A stretch of DNA of 64,000 bases, taken from contig WRAS01000001.1 of NCBI GenBank assembly GCA_009780065.1, forward strand, positions 273,661 to 337,660, read 5' to 3'. The notes beneath the pieces are model-generated. The model was not told the origin of the DNA. It saw only the letters and a list, made by a program, of their open reading frames with translations, and did not search any database. The position numbers were made by a program, and so were the translations under genes. Below are positions 9,179-18,247 of the stretch, piece by piece (positions within the stretch are counted from its first letter, which is position 1; the number at the start of each line of letters is the position of its first letter). The DNA is from Bacillota bacterium (GTDB lineage: Bacteria; Bacillota; Clostridia; Christensenellales; UBA1242).

Positions 9179-9595
9179 ATGCCAAGAATAGAAAACCAGT
9201 CCGAGTACATCATACACGCGTGTAACGACTGGGAAGCGATAAAATCAAATGAAATCTATGTTGATGTTATTGACCTTGATTGCTACACGATCACAAAAAC
9301 GACCCCCTGCGGTATTGTGTTCAAAGGTAGAGAGATAACTTTTTGCACAACAATCAAATCAAATTGTCCCGACCACATTAACACAGGCGAAAGATTCCGT
9401 GACATTTTGTCCATGTATGTTGAATATGTGCCCGACTCATTCACAGTCAACGGACAACACAGGGTACCAACGATTATCGGTGGAACTTCACAAACTGTTG
9501 AATATACTTTGCAAGATAGTGACTGGACATCTGACAATGAAGTTATGATTTGTTTCAGAGTAAGAATCAAGCCAGAGTCAGCAAACGACGAATAG
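9179..9595 (+). CDS. Single DUF11-like (conserved-repeat Ig) domain protein, probable spore-surface protein
   Basis: TITKT…GREITFCTTI…FRDIL…VEYVPDSFTVNG…ICFRVRI; paralog of 58650..59084. Confidence 0.75.
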   Translation: MPRIENQSEYIIHACNDWEAIKSNEIYVDVIDLDCYTITKTTPCGIVFKGREITFCTTIKSNCPDHINTGERFRDILSMYVEYVPDSFTVNGQHRVPTIIGGTSQTVEYTLQDSDWTSDNEVMICFRVRIKPESANDE

Positions 9596-9614
9596 TATTA
9601 CGAACAAATCAAAA

Positions 9615-9645
9615 GCGAGCTGAACTCAAAAAGAGTTCAACTCGC
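9615..9645. terminator. Stem-loop between convergent DUF11 gene and tRNA-Gly
   Basis: GCGAGcTGAACTC-aaaaa-GAGTTCAaCTCGC. Confidence 0.6.
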
Positions 9646-9652
9646 AACATTT

Positions 9653-9727
9653 TGGAGCGGAAGATGGGGTTTGAACCCACGACCTTCTCCTTGGCAAGGA
9701 GACGCACTACCACTGTGCTACTTCCGC
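9653..9727 (-). tRNA. tRNA-Gly(GCC)
   Basis: GCGGAAGTAGCACAGTGGTAGTGCGTCTCCTTGCCAAGGAGAAGGTCGTGGGTTCAAACCCCATCTTCCGCTCCA. Confidence 0.97.
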
Positions 9728-9844
9728 GAATAAGCGAATGCCGCGACCGTGCTTGCACGGGCATGGCTGAGCGATGAGCGGAGCACGAAGTATTCCCGCA
9801 AATCACAATAAAATATTATATACAATTCTTACACGCTTTGCAAG

Positions 9845-10306
9845 TTATTTTTGAGATTTTTTCACACCCGTACTTCCAAATCCGCCATTGCCGCGCTCGG
9901 TCTCTGAAAAACCTTCTTTTGTTTCTATAATGTCTACGATGCATCTGTCTGCAATTACCATTTGGGCAATTCTGTCACCCGCCGTGATTTCAAAGTCCTT
10001 ATCCCCAAAATTTGCAAGAACAACACCAATCTCACCCCTATATCCCTCGTCAATAGTCCCGGTCAGAATAAACACACCATGCCTGACTGCTAAGCCGCTT
10101 CGGCTTCGAATTTGGGCTTCGGTGTTTTTTGGTAATTGCATTTGCAATCCCGTTCCAATTGCCAAAAACCCTTTGCTTGGGATGTTTGCATTTTTGATTG
10201 CACATAAATCCATACCAGCGTCGCCTGGTCTTGCGTATTTTGGAATAACAGCATTATCGTCCAATTTTTTAAATAATACAGTTTTCATTTGTTTTTTCAT
10301 AATCAC
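9845..10306 (-). CDS. dut: dUTP diphosphatase
   Basis: AGMDL, RSRSGLA, GTIDEGYRGEI, RIAQ, RGNGGFGSTG motifs. Confidence 0.97.
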   Translation of the reverse strand: MIMKKQMKTVLFKKLDDNAVIPKYARPGDAGMDLCAIKNANIPSKGFLAIGTGLQMQLPKNTEAQIRSRSGLAVRHGVFILTGTIDEGYRGEIGVVLANFGDKDFEITAGDRIAQMVIADRCIVDIIETKEGFSETERGNGGFGSTGVKKSQK

Positions 10307-10365
10307 AATTTAACAGTAAATCAAGAATCAAGCAACAGGTCTTTTATTGACAGTTTAATCTGTGT

Positions 10366-10392
10366 ACGTCATTGCTTCGCTCGCAATGACGT
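10366..10392. repeat. Palindromic REP-like hairpin
   Basis: ACGTCATTGC-ttcgctc-GCAATGACGT in the dut/pcrA divergent spacer. Confidence 0.55.
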
Positions 10393-10471
10393 GCCTTTTT
10401 TGTCTTGATTTAGATATTACAACGCATAAAAAACTTTGCAACTATTTTCTAATCAAGTTATAATGGTAACT

Positions 10472-12580
10472 ATGCTAACCGAAATACAAAAAGAAATCGC
10501 CGAAGCACCGCTGGGTGCGATGTTGGTAACCGCAGGCGCAGGCAGTGGTAAAACACGTGTATTAGTACAACGAATCATACACCTTTTGCAAACTGGCATC
10601 CGTGATTATGAAATTGCTGCATTGACGTTCACCAACAAAGCCGGTAAAGAAATGAAAGAACGAATCGAACAAACATGTGGTGGCCGTGTGGAATTGTTTC
10701 TTGGAACATTTCACAGTTTCTGCATGCGTACCCTCAGACGATACATAGATGTCCTTGGTTATACCCAGGACTTTTCAATATATGATGAAAAAGATAAAGA
10801 CAAGGTTATCAAGGAAATCCTTGCGTCCAACAATTTTTATGACCTTGCAAAAGACGGTAACAAAACCGTGGAATATCACTTGTCCCAAATGAAGAACGAG
10901 GGCACATCGTTAAAAGAATATGAAAAGAAAATTGCGCACTATACAAACTGCGACGACATCATAAAGGCAATTTCATTGTACGAACAAAAAATGAAAGCCA
11001 GTAACGCGTTGGATTTTGATGACTTGCTGATTAAAACCCTTGAATTGTTTACCAAGTCACCTGATGTCTTGGAGCAATTGCAAAATCGCTATAAATATAT
11101 TTTGGTGGACGAATTTCAGGACACCAACCACATCCAATACCAAATTGTGAAACATCTTGCGAATAAACACAAAAACATAATGGTGGTGGGGGACGAGGAC
11201 CAATGTATATACAGTTGGCGCGGTGCAAGTATCGATAACCTGAAACTATTTATTAACGATTTCTCGCCCAGGGTTTATAAATTGGAACAAAATTTTCGCA
11301 GTGGCAAAAACATTGTGGATTTTGCAAATAAACTTATCCAATGTAATTCCAACCGAATTGATAAAACATTGTTCAGTAAACTGGACGATGGTGTAATAAA
11401 GGTGGAAAAGTTTTATGACGACCGTGAAGAAGCCAAAACCATTGTCCTGAAAATATTGGAACAAATCAGATACAGTGGAAAGAAGCCAAGCCAATTTGCG
11501 ATACTGTTGCGTATAAACGCGCTATCCAGAATTTTCGAGGATCAGTTATTAAACTACAACCTGCCATATGCTATTTGGGGCGGGTTCAAGTTCTATGACC
11601 GTGCCGAGGTTAAACAGGCATTATCATATTTAAAACTGCTTGCAAACCCAAATGACGACGTTGCGTTTAAAACCGCGATATCTATGCCAAAGCGCGGAGT
11701 GGGCGAGGGGACGCTAGATAAAATCAAAGTCGAAGATAAAAACTTACTGGAAAGTTGTTCGGATGCAAATATAACTGGTAAAGCAAAAGACGGAATCATA
11801 TCATTCCGTGGGGTAATAGAAAGATTGGCACAAACGTATGAAAAAGATGGTCTTGAAACACTTGCAGAAAAGTTCTTGGACATTACACGTCTTCGTTCGG
11901 CATACGATACAGCCAAAGAGGATGACGGTAAAAAAGCCGATAACCTGGACGAACTTGTGAACGCTATCGTTCAATTTGCCCAAACCAACCCAGAAGCCAC
12001 ACTAAGTCAATATTTACAATCCGTGACATTGGATGTTGGCGAAGAAAACGATGCGGGCGCACGTGTTGTGGTCTCCACCATTCACAAAGCCAAAGGTCTG
12101 GAATTTGATTATGTATTTTTACCAACGATGGAGGATGGTATTTTGCCCCTGGAACGTGCCAAAGAAACAGAACGTGAAATGGAGGAGGAGCGCAGGTTAT
12201 TGTACGTCGCGATTACCCGTGCAAGGCGTGAACTATATGTTTCATATTGTTCCAGTCGCTTTTTACGTGGTGGGCGCAATTTCATGAACCCAAGCCGATT
12301 CCTTGCTGATTGCGGTCACATGGTTGCCGAAGAAAAACCATTTGTTTCATATACACCTCAGCAAACCTTTACCCCGACGTTCTCGTACAAAAATGTTATA
12401 TCTTCCGCGCCAAAACAAGCAACAACCCAATCATTCAGCGTCGGTGATATGGTAACACACGATAAATTTGGTTCGGGCGAGATACAAGAGGTCATCGATA
12501 AATCAATCGTAAAAGTAAAATTCCGCACAGTCGGTATTAAGATGTTATCTATCGCATTTGCGAATTTAAAGAAAATCTAA
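10472..12580 (+). CDS. pcrA: ATP-dependent DNA helicase PcrA/UvrD
   Basis: AGAGSGKT, TFTNKA, VDEFQDTN, VGDEDQCIYSWRGA, TIHKAKGLEF, EEERRLLYVAITRA and C-terminal Tudor-like domain. Confidence 0.96.
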   Translation: MLTEIQKEIAEAPLGAMLVTAGAGSGKTRVLVQRIIHLLQTGIRDYEIAALTFTNKAGKEMKERIEQTCGGRVELFLGTFHSFCMRTLRRYIDVLGYTQDFSIYDEKDKDKVIKEILASNNFYDLAKDGNKTVEYHLSQMKNEGTSLKEYEKKIAHYTNCDDIIKAISLYEQKMKASNALDFDDLLIKTLELFTKSPDVLEQLQNRYKYILVDEFQDTNHIQYQIVKHLANKHKNIMVVGDEDQCIYSWRGASIDNLKLFINDFSPRVYKLEQNFRSGKNIVDFANKLIQCNSNRIDKTLFSKLDDGVIKVEKFYDDREEAKTIVLKILEQIRYSGKKPSQFAILLRINALSRIFEDQLLNYNLPYAIWGGFKFYDRAEVKQALSYLKLLANPNDDVAFKTAISMPKRGVGEGTLDKIKVEDKNLLESCSDANITGKAKDGIISFRGVIERLAQTYEKDGLETLAEKFLDITRLRSAYDTAKEDDGKKADNLDELVNAIVQFAQTNPEATLSQYLQSVTLDVGEENDAGARVVVSTIHKAKGLEFDYVFLPTMEDGILPLERAKETEREMEEERRLLYVAITRARRELYVSYCSSRFLRGGRNFMNPSRFLADCGHMVAEEKPFVSYTPQQTFTPTFSYKNVISSAPKQATTQSFSVGDMVTHDKFGSGEIQEVIDKSIVKVKFRTVGIKMLSIAFANLKKI

Positions 12581-12936
12581 ATTATCTGTAACGCTAAACT
12601 AAGGAGCAACGCCCGATTAACCTTGTGCATGTCTTCGTCTGTCAGGGTCGCAATTTTGGTTTCTAATCGTTGTTTGTCCAGTGTTTTAATCTGTTCACAT
12701 AAAACAAGGCTGTTGTCACTCAATGCATAGGTGCCTTTGTCCAAAAATACATGAGTTGGTATTTTATTCTTGTAAAGGCGGCTGGTAATACATGCAACTA
12801 TGACAGTAGGCGCGAAGTAATTCCCCACATCATTTTGAATAACCAGGACAGGCCGTTTACCCGTCTGCTCGCTTCCCACGTTGCAATCACCAAGATTCGC
12901 AAAGTATATGTCTCCTCGTTTTATATCAATTGTCAT
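12577..12936 (-). CDS. mazF: PemK/MazF (NdoA-like) endoribonuclease toxin
   Basis: KRGDIYFANL…GSEQTGKRPVLVIQND.GN…TVIVA.ITS…EQIKTLDKQRL. Confidence 0.93.
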   Translation of the reverse strand: MTIDIKRGDIYFANLGDCNVGSEQTGKRPVLVIQNDVGNYFAPTVIVACITSRLYKNKIPTHVFLDKGTYALSDNSLVLCEQIKTLDKQRLETKIATLTDEDMHKVNRALLLSLALQII

Positions 12937-13010
12937 TTGTTTACCTAGTTCATCCTATGTCGATGAATCAATAGGTGACACAACAATATTTTTGGGGTAC
13001 AATCCTTTTA

Positions 13011-13793
13011 ATGGGATTTTATATCGGTAATTTGGAAATTCGATTCTACGGCATAATCATTGCCGCAGCAATTTTGGTTGCATTCTTTGTTTGCTTGAAC
13101 CTGTTTAAAAAGCGCGGATATAACGAGGACTTTGTATATATCTTGCTAATCATCTTGGTACCCCTTGGAATTTTTGGTGCGCGTGTTTTTTATGTTGTTT
13201 TCAGTCCAGATTCAATAAACCTGTTCGCCATCCGCGATGGGGGTCTCGCGATTTATGGTGCGGTTATTGTTGGGATGTTGGGTGTATTCATATTTACGAA
13301 ACTAAGGCGTGTCAGTTTCTTTGCATTAACTGATATTATTGCTATTGGTTTAATTCTGGCACAGGCAATCGGACGATGGGGTAATTTTACCAATCAAGAG
13401 GCATATGGGCTAGAGGTCAACTTCCACTTTTTCCCAATTACCGTGTTAATTGGGAATACGCCACATCTTGCAACTTTTTTCTACGAAAGTTTACTTAATT
13501 TCGTTGGTTTTGCTGTACTGCTTTATATTTACATGCAACGCAATCCGCGTGTTGGAACCATAACCGCGCTTTATTTTATTTACTATGGTATCGTGCGTGC
13601 GATAATAGAACCGCTACGTCTTGACAGTTTGCTTATCTTCGGAATCAGCGATTTCGTTCTTAATCGAATCTCATTTGTAATTAGCATATTGCTAATCATA
13701 GCGGGAGTTGTTATACTAATGCTTAATAGGAAAAATTTAATTAACCAAGATGAAACTGGTTTATTGAAAAAGGAGAAAGCAAATGACAAATGA
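13011..13793 (+). CDS. lgt: Prolipoprotein diacylglyceryl transferase
   Basis: IRFYG, GARVFYV, GGLAIYG, QAIGRWGNFTNQEAYG, FFYES. Confidence 0.95.
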   Translation: MGFYIGNLEIRFYGIIIAAAILVAFFVCLNLFKKRGYNEDFVYILLIILVPLGIFGARVFYVVFSPDSINLFAIRDGGLAIYGAVIVGMLGVFIFTKLRRVSFFALTDIIAIGLILAQAIGRWGNFTNQEAYGLEVNFHFFPITVLIGNTPHLATFFYESLLNFVGFAVLLYIYMQRNPRVGTITALYFIYYGIVRAIIEPLRLDSLLIFGISDFVLNRISFVISILLIIAGVVILMLNRKNLINQDETGLLKKEKANDK

Positions 13794-14355
13794 AACAAGA
13801 TTTGACTATTTCGTGGAAAAGTTCGACAGCGATTTTTTTGCAATCCGCAACGGTATTGTGAAAGGTAAATACGAATATCTTCACACAAGTGAAACATCTA
13901 ACATTGATCAAGAAATTCACGAAGAGGCCGAATATGAATACGAAGACGAATTCTCTGACTTTCAACCATATAAATCTAAACTAGAGGGCACATACGAAGA
14001 CCTTTTTGCTGACCCCGCTGAACGTGTGCAAAAGCCAACACAAACGCGAATCGCCACAGGTACCAGCGACGCAGAAAAACTGGAAAACATTCGTGATTAT
14101 ACGAACAACGCATCTCAGGCCAGATATCTTGCAACGCATCCCGCCGAAATTATTCTTGCAAATCTTATAATGCAAATCCTATCAGAAATTGAAGGCGAGC
14201 AAATGGATGACAATGTTATAAAGACCCTTTATCATGAAAAGTCTGTGGATTTGGAAGAGGCACTAGAAGCATTTGAATTCTATCACGATAATCCATACAA
14301 AGAAATGGCCCAGAGGCGTCTGGAAAAAATCGAGCGCAAACGTAAAAAAAGGTAA
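13783..14355 (+). CDS. Hypothetical acidic protein
   Basis: 190 aa, AGGAG RBS, overlaps the lgt stop. Confidence 0.75.
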   Translation: MTNETRFDYFVEKFDSDFFAIRNGIVKGKYEYLHTSETSNIDQEIHEEAEYEYEDEFSDFQPYKSKLEGTYEDLFADPAERVQKPTQTRIATGTSDAEKLENIRDYTNNASQARYLATHPAEIILANLIMQILSEIEGEQMDDNVIKTLYHEKSVDLEEALEAFEFYHDNPYKEMAQRRLEKIERKRKKR

Positions 14356-14361
14356 GATCCG

Positions 14362-15486
14362 ATGAAACAGATTATTTTGGCACGCTACGGCGAAATTCAC
14401 CTAAAGGGTGGAAATCGTGACCATTTTATTCGGGCACTTTTGAATAATCTGCGAAAGCGTCTAAAGGGCATTGCAACCGCTTCTGTTCAAGGTACGCGCA
14501 TTGAAATCAATAAATATACCGATGAACGCAGTGTTGTGGATATTGTGTCCGCGACTTTTGGTGTGGTGTCACTTAGTATTGTTGCAGTTGTTGAATTAAC
14601 ACCAGAGTCTATTTTTGATTATCTTAAAACACAAAAGATTAATGGTAGGTTCAAAGTTAATGTAAATCGTGCCAACAAAAATTTCCCAATTAAAACTATG
14701 GACTTTGCGCCGATTTGTGGCGGTATTATCTTGGATAATAACCCGAATGCAATCGTGGATGTTAATAATCCCGAAACCACAATTTCAATCGACATTCGCG
14801 AGCAAACATACATATACGACAATGTTATTTCGGGCGTGGGTGGTTTGCCGGTCGGGGTGTCAGGCAGGGCATTGGTTTTACTCAGCGGCGGTATAGACTC
14901 GCCCGTGGCGTCATATCTTGCAGCCAAACGCGGTTTGGGTGTAGACTTTATTCATTTCGCGACGCCACCATACACCAGCGACTTGTCGATAGAAAAGATT
15001 AAAACTCTTGCAACAAAACTGGAAACCTTTACAGATAAATCACGCCTTTTTGTCGTACCATTCACAGAGATTTCCAAGGCAATTAAAAAGAACTGTGATC
15101 CATCATATACCATAACAATCATGCGACGATTCATGATCCGAATTGCCGAACATGTTGGAAGAAAAACTGGAGCATCGTGCATAATAACCGGCGAGAATCT
15201 TGCTCAGGTCGCATCCCAGACGATAGAGGGCATTGCGTCTAATAATTTTTGTGTAACCTGTCTACCGATACTGAGACCATTGATAACATTCGATAAATCC
15301 GAGATTATAACCATGGCAAAGAAAATCGGAACCTACGAGACCAGCATCCAACCGCACGAAGATTGTTGCACCGTCTTTGTTCCCGAGCGACCAGTTATCA
15401 AGCCAAATATTAAAAAGGCAATAGACGAAGAAAGTAAATTGGATATTGAAAAACTAATTATCGCGGCGGTGGATGGTGTCATATAA
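14362..15486 (+). CDS. thiI: tRNA 4-thiouridine synthase ThiI
   Basis: RYGEIHLKGGNR, THUMP domain, LLSGGIDSPVA, TGENLAQVASQT, EDCC. Confidence 0.96.
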   Translation: MKQIILARYGEIHLKGGNRDHFIRALLNNLRKRLKGIATASVQGTRIEINKYTDERSVVDIVSATFGVVSLSIVAVVELTPESIFDYLKTQKINGRFKVNVNRANKNFPIKTMDFAPICGGIILDNNPNAIVDVNNPETTISIDIREQTYIYDNVISGVGGLPVGVSGRALVLLSGGIDSPVASYLAAKRGLGVDFIHFATPPYTSDLSIEKIKTLATKLETFTDKSRLFVVPFTEISKAIKKNCDPSYTITIMRRFMIRIAEHVGRKTGASCIITGENLAQVASQTIEGIASNNFCVTCLPILRPLITFDKSEIITMAKKIGTYETSIQPHEDCCTVFVPERPVIKPNIKKAIDEESKLDIEKLIIAAVDGVI

Positions 15487-15492
15487 ACAAAT

Positions 15493-16242
15493 ATGACAAC
15501 CGAAACAATTTTTCTTGTGGATGCCGTTTTTAATGCTGCGAAAATGATAAACGACGATTTCTGTGTCGCATCCAAAGATAATAAAGGTGATTTAGTTACC
15601 AGTTTAGATTTTGAAATAGAGCGCTTTATCATCGATAGAATTAACGATAAATACCCAACATTCGACATAATCAGCGAGGAGTTTAATCCTCAAAACAAAC
15701 TGACAGACAATTGCTTTATCATCGATCCACTGGATGGAACAATAAACTTTGCACATGGCGTCCCATTATGGGGGATTCAGGTTGCATGTGTGAAGCAGGG
15801 GTACACTATCGCATCTGTAATATATTTGCCGAAGTTGGGCGAACTTTATTTTGCTAATTCACACGGCGCATTTGTAATTGACAATCCAACAAATCCTGTA
15901 GAAGAAATAATGAATGCTAAACCCATCAGTGTGAACCAAACGCCGCATAACAAGGCAATTTATTTGGTAGAAGGCGGATATAAATTCGATGCCTTAGCGC
16001 GCCTTGACAAGTCCACCAGTCGCCACTTTAGATACATATGTTCAACAGCAGTCAACAGCGCTTGGACGGCGCGTGGTAGATTCGGTGGAACCATATTACG
16101 GAAAGACAGCCTCTGGGATTATATGCCTGGACAATATCTGGTGAAGCAGGCGGGTGGGATGATAATAAACAAAAAAGGCGCACACATCTGCGCCAATTCT
16201 CGTGAACTTGCAAGGGTATTACTAAGGGATGGAAAAGAGTAA
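15493..16242 (+). CDS. Inositol monophosphatase family protein
   Basis: DLVT..D, ISEE, IIDPLDGTINFAHG, WD motif. Confidence 0.9.
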   Translation: MTTETIFLVDAVFNAAKMINDDFCVASKDNKGDLVTSLDFEIERFIIDRINDKYPTFDIISEEFNPQNKLTDNCFIIDPLDGTINFAHGVPLWGIQVACVKQGYTIASVIYLPKLGELYFANSHGAFVIDNPTNPVEEIMNAKPISVNQTPHNKAIYLVEGGYKFDALARLDKSTSRHFRYICSTAVNSAWTARGRFGGTILRKDSLWDYMPGQYLVKQAGGMIINKKGAHICANSRELARVLLRDGKE

Positions 16243-16243
16243 A

Positions 16244-16540
16244 TTATCCCACAGGGATGATTTGCTCTAACCTTTTAATTAATTCATCTAAATCCATGAC
16301 GCGCTGTCTTGGGATAAATTTTTGGCTGTAAAACCGACGCAATTGTTTTAGGAAATCAAGAGTGATTGTAACATCGCTAACCTCTATCGTGGTTGTTACC
16401 CGTTGCGGTGTATTATGTGTATGGGCCTGTGCCATACCCTCTAGAACTTGGCCAATATACGCTCTGCTCATTACCTCTGCGACTGGTCCATCATAAAAAT
16501 TGTCCAGCTCGCGTTCGTTTATGTAATCTCTTAAACTCAT
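16244..16540 (-). CDS. Hypothetical protein (98 aa)
   Basis: Likely start MSLRDY at 16540, which avoids overlap with the divergent 16588 gene. Confidence 0.5.
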   Translation of the reverse strand: MSLRDYINERELDNFYDGPVAEVMSRAYIGQVLEGMAQAHTHNTPQRVTTTIEVSDVTITLDFLKQLRRFYSQKFIPRQRVMDLDELIKRLEQIIPVG

Positions 16541-16587
16541 ACGGGTATATATGAATAGAAATTTATATAAGTTCCAATAATATACGT

Positions 16588-17046
16588 ATGGCAACAAATA
16601 CAACAAAAAAGACCACAATGCAAAAAGCAGAAGATACAATTGAAAAAGGCGTAGAGGAAGCAAAAAAGGCAACCAAAAAAGCGGTCACAAAAACAAAAAG
16701 CGGTGTGAAAAAAGCAACCACCAAAACTAAGCAGGTCTGTAAAAAAGCGGGGAACAAAGTCGCCGAAACCACAAAAGAATTGGTGGATCGTGCGAAGGAG
16801 AATACAAAAAAAGACATCGCCGAAACAAAGCAAGCAATTAACAAAAGTACACAAGGTACAATAATTAAACCAGGCTTTGCCGAAGAAACCGGCGGTAAAA
16901 TATCAAAGGCATGCACAAATAAAAAAAATGTTCGCAGAGCGGAACAGGTAATTGCACGTTTGAACAACGTAAACTCTAGTTACGATGACATAATGGAAAC
17001 CACGTGCAATCACATACGCGATATGCGTGCCAAACGACAGGGGTAA
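16588..17046 (+). CDS. Lys/Thr/Ala-rich low-complexity protein
   Basis: KKATKKAVTKTK…KKATTKTK repeats; followed by a terminator. Confidence 0.7.
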   Translation: MATNTTKKTTMQKAEDTIEKGVEEAKKATKKAVTKTKSGVKKATTKTKQVCKKAGNKVAETTKELVDRAKENTKKDIAETKQAINKSTQGTIIKPGFAEETGGKISKACTNKKNVRRAEQVIARLNNVNSSYDDIMETTCNHIRDMRAKRQG

Positions 17047-17066
17047 ATAAAGGTTGAATTTAATTT

Positions 17067-17095
17067 AACAGAGAAAATATTTCTCTGTTTTTTTT
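17067..17095 (+). terminator. Intrinsic terminator
   Basis: AACAGAGAA-aatat-TTCTCTGTT plus T run. Confidence 0.75.
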
Positions 17096-17128
17096 GTGTA
17101 TGCTATATTTATTAAAATTGGAGGTTAA

Positions 17129-18247
17129 ATGCTCGCAAAACGAATAAAAGAAAGCAGCCCAAGCCTAACCCTTGTGATAACCCAGAAAGTCAACCAAATG
17201 AAAAAGCAAGGAATAGATGTCGTCAGTTTGACGGTAGGCGAATTGGATTTTGATACACCTGAATTTATAATTGATGCAGCCACCAAAGCGATGAAGTCGG
17301 GCGAGACGCGATATACCCCCGTGGCAGGTATCGTACAACTACGTGAAGCAATTTGTGCAAAGTTAAAGAATGATAACGATTTGATATATACACCAGAGCA
17401 AATCGTGGTATCCAACGGCGCAAAGCACAGTTTGCATAATGCGATAATGGCATTAATAAATCCAGGGGACGAAGTAATTATCATAAAGCCATATTGGCTG
17501 TCATATCCGGAACTTGTTAAATTGGCGGGCGGTATTCCCGTATACGTCAACAGCATATCCAAAATTAAAGGTGTGGTAACAAAGAAAACCAAAATGATAA
17601 TCGTTAACAGTCCGTCTAATCCATCTGGTATCGTATATACAAAAGCCGAATTTGTGCGCCTTGCGGAAGAGATCAAAGATACAAATATATGGGTTCTCAG
17701 TGATGAAATATATGAAAAACTAGTTTACGGTAAAGCCGAGCATTTTTCCATCGCAAGTATATATCCGCGCACCGTGGTTGTGAATGGTCTGTCAAAGTCC
17801 CATGCTATGACGGGATGGCGTATTGGATATACAGCGTGTTGTACAGAATTGGCACAAGCCATGGCGGCACTGCAAAGTCAAACCACCAGCAACATCAACA
17901 CACCAACCCAGTTCGCGGCGGTGGCGGCATTAACAGATAAACGTGGGGAAGAATTCATTAAACAAACGCGACAAGAATTGGGAACACGATTGAATTATGT
18001 AATCAAGCGACTGGGCGCAGTTCCGAATGCAAAATTTATAAAACCTGACGGTGCGTTCTATGTAATGTTGGATGTTTCCAGATGGGGGACTGCAGCCGAT
18101 TTCGCAACAAAATTACTGGAACAAGAAAAGGTCGCGGTAATTCCGTGCGAATCTTTTGGTGCACCCGCATATATTAGAATCAGCTATACCACATCAATGA
18201 GTGAATTGGAAAAAGGACTTAATAGACTTGAGAGGTTTATGAAATGA
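17129..18247 (+). CDS. aspC: Class I/II PLP aminotransferase (aspartate aminotransferase-like)
   Basis: NSPSNPSG, SDEIY, SKSHAMTGWRIGY, GAFY. Confidence 0.88.
   Translation: MLAKRIKESSPSLTLVITQKVNQMKKQGIDVVSLTVGELDFDTPEFIIDAATKAMKSGETRYTPVAGIVQLREAICAKLKNDNDLIYTPEQIVVSNGAKHSLHNAIMALINPGDEVIIIKPYWLSYPELVKLAGGIPVYVNSISKIKGVVTKKTKMIIVNSPSNPSGIVYTKAEFVRLAEEIKDTNIWVLSDEIYEKLVYGKAEHFSIASIYPRTVVVNGLSKSHAMTGWRIGYTACCTELAQAMAALQSQTTSNINTPTQFAAVAALTDKRGEEFIKQTRQELGTRLNYVIKRLGAVPNAKFIKPDGAFYVMLDVSRWGTAADFATKLLEQEKVAVIPCESFGAPAYIRISYTTSMSELEKGLNRLERFMK

Noticed and set aside
9550-9806. ORFs spanning tRNA-Gly
   Set aside because: Shadow ORFs over a tRNA gene
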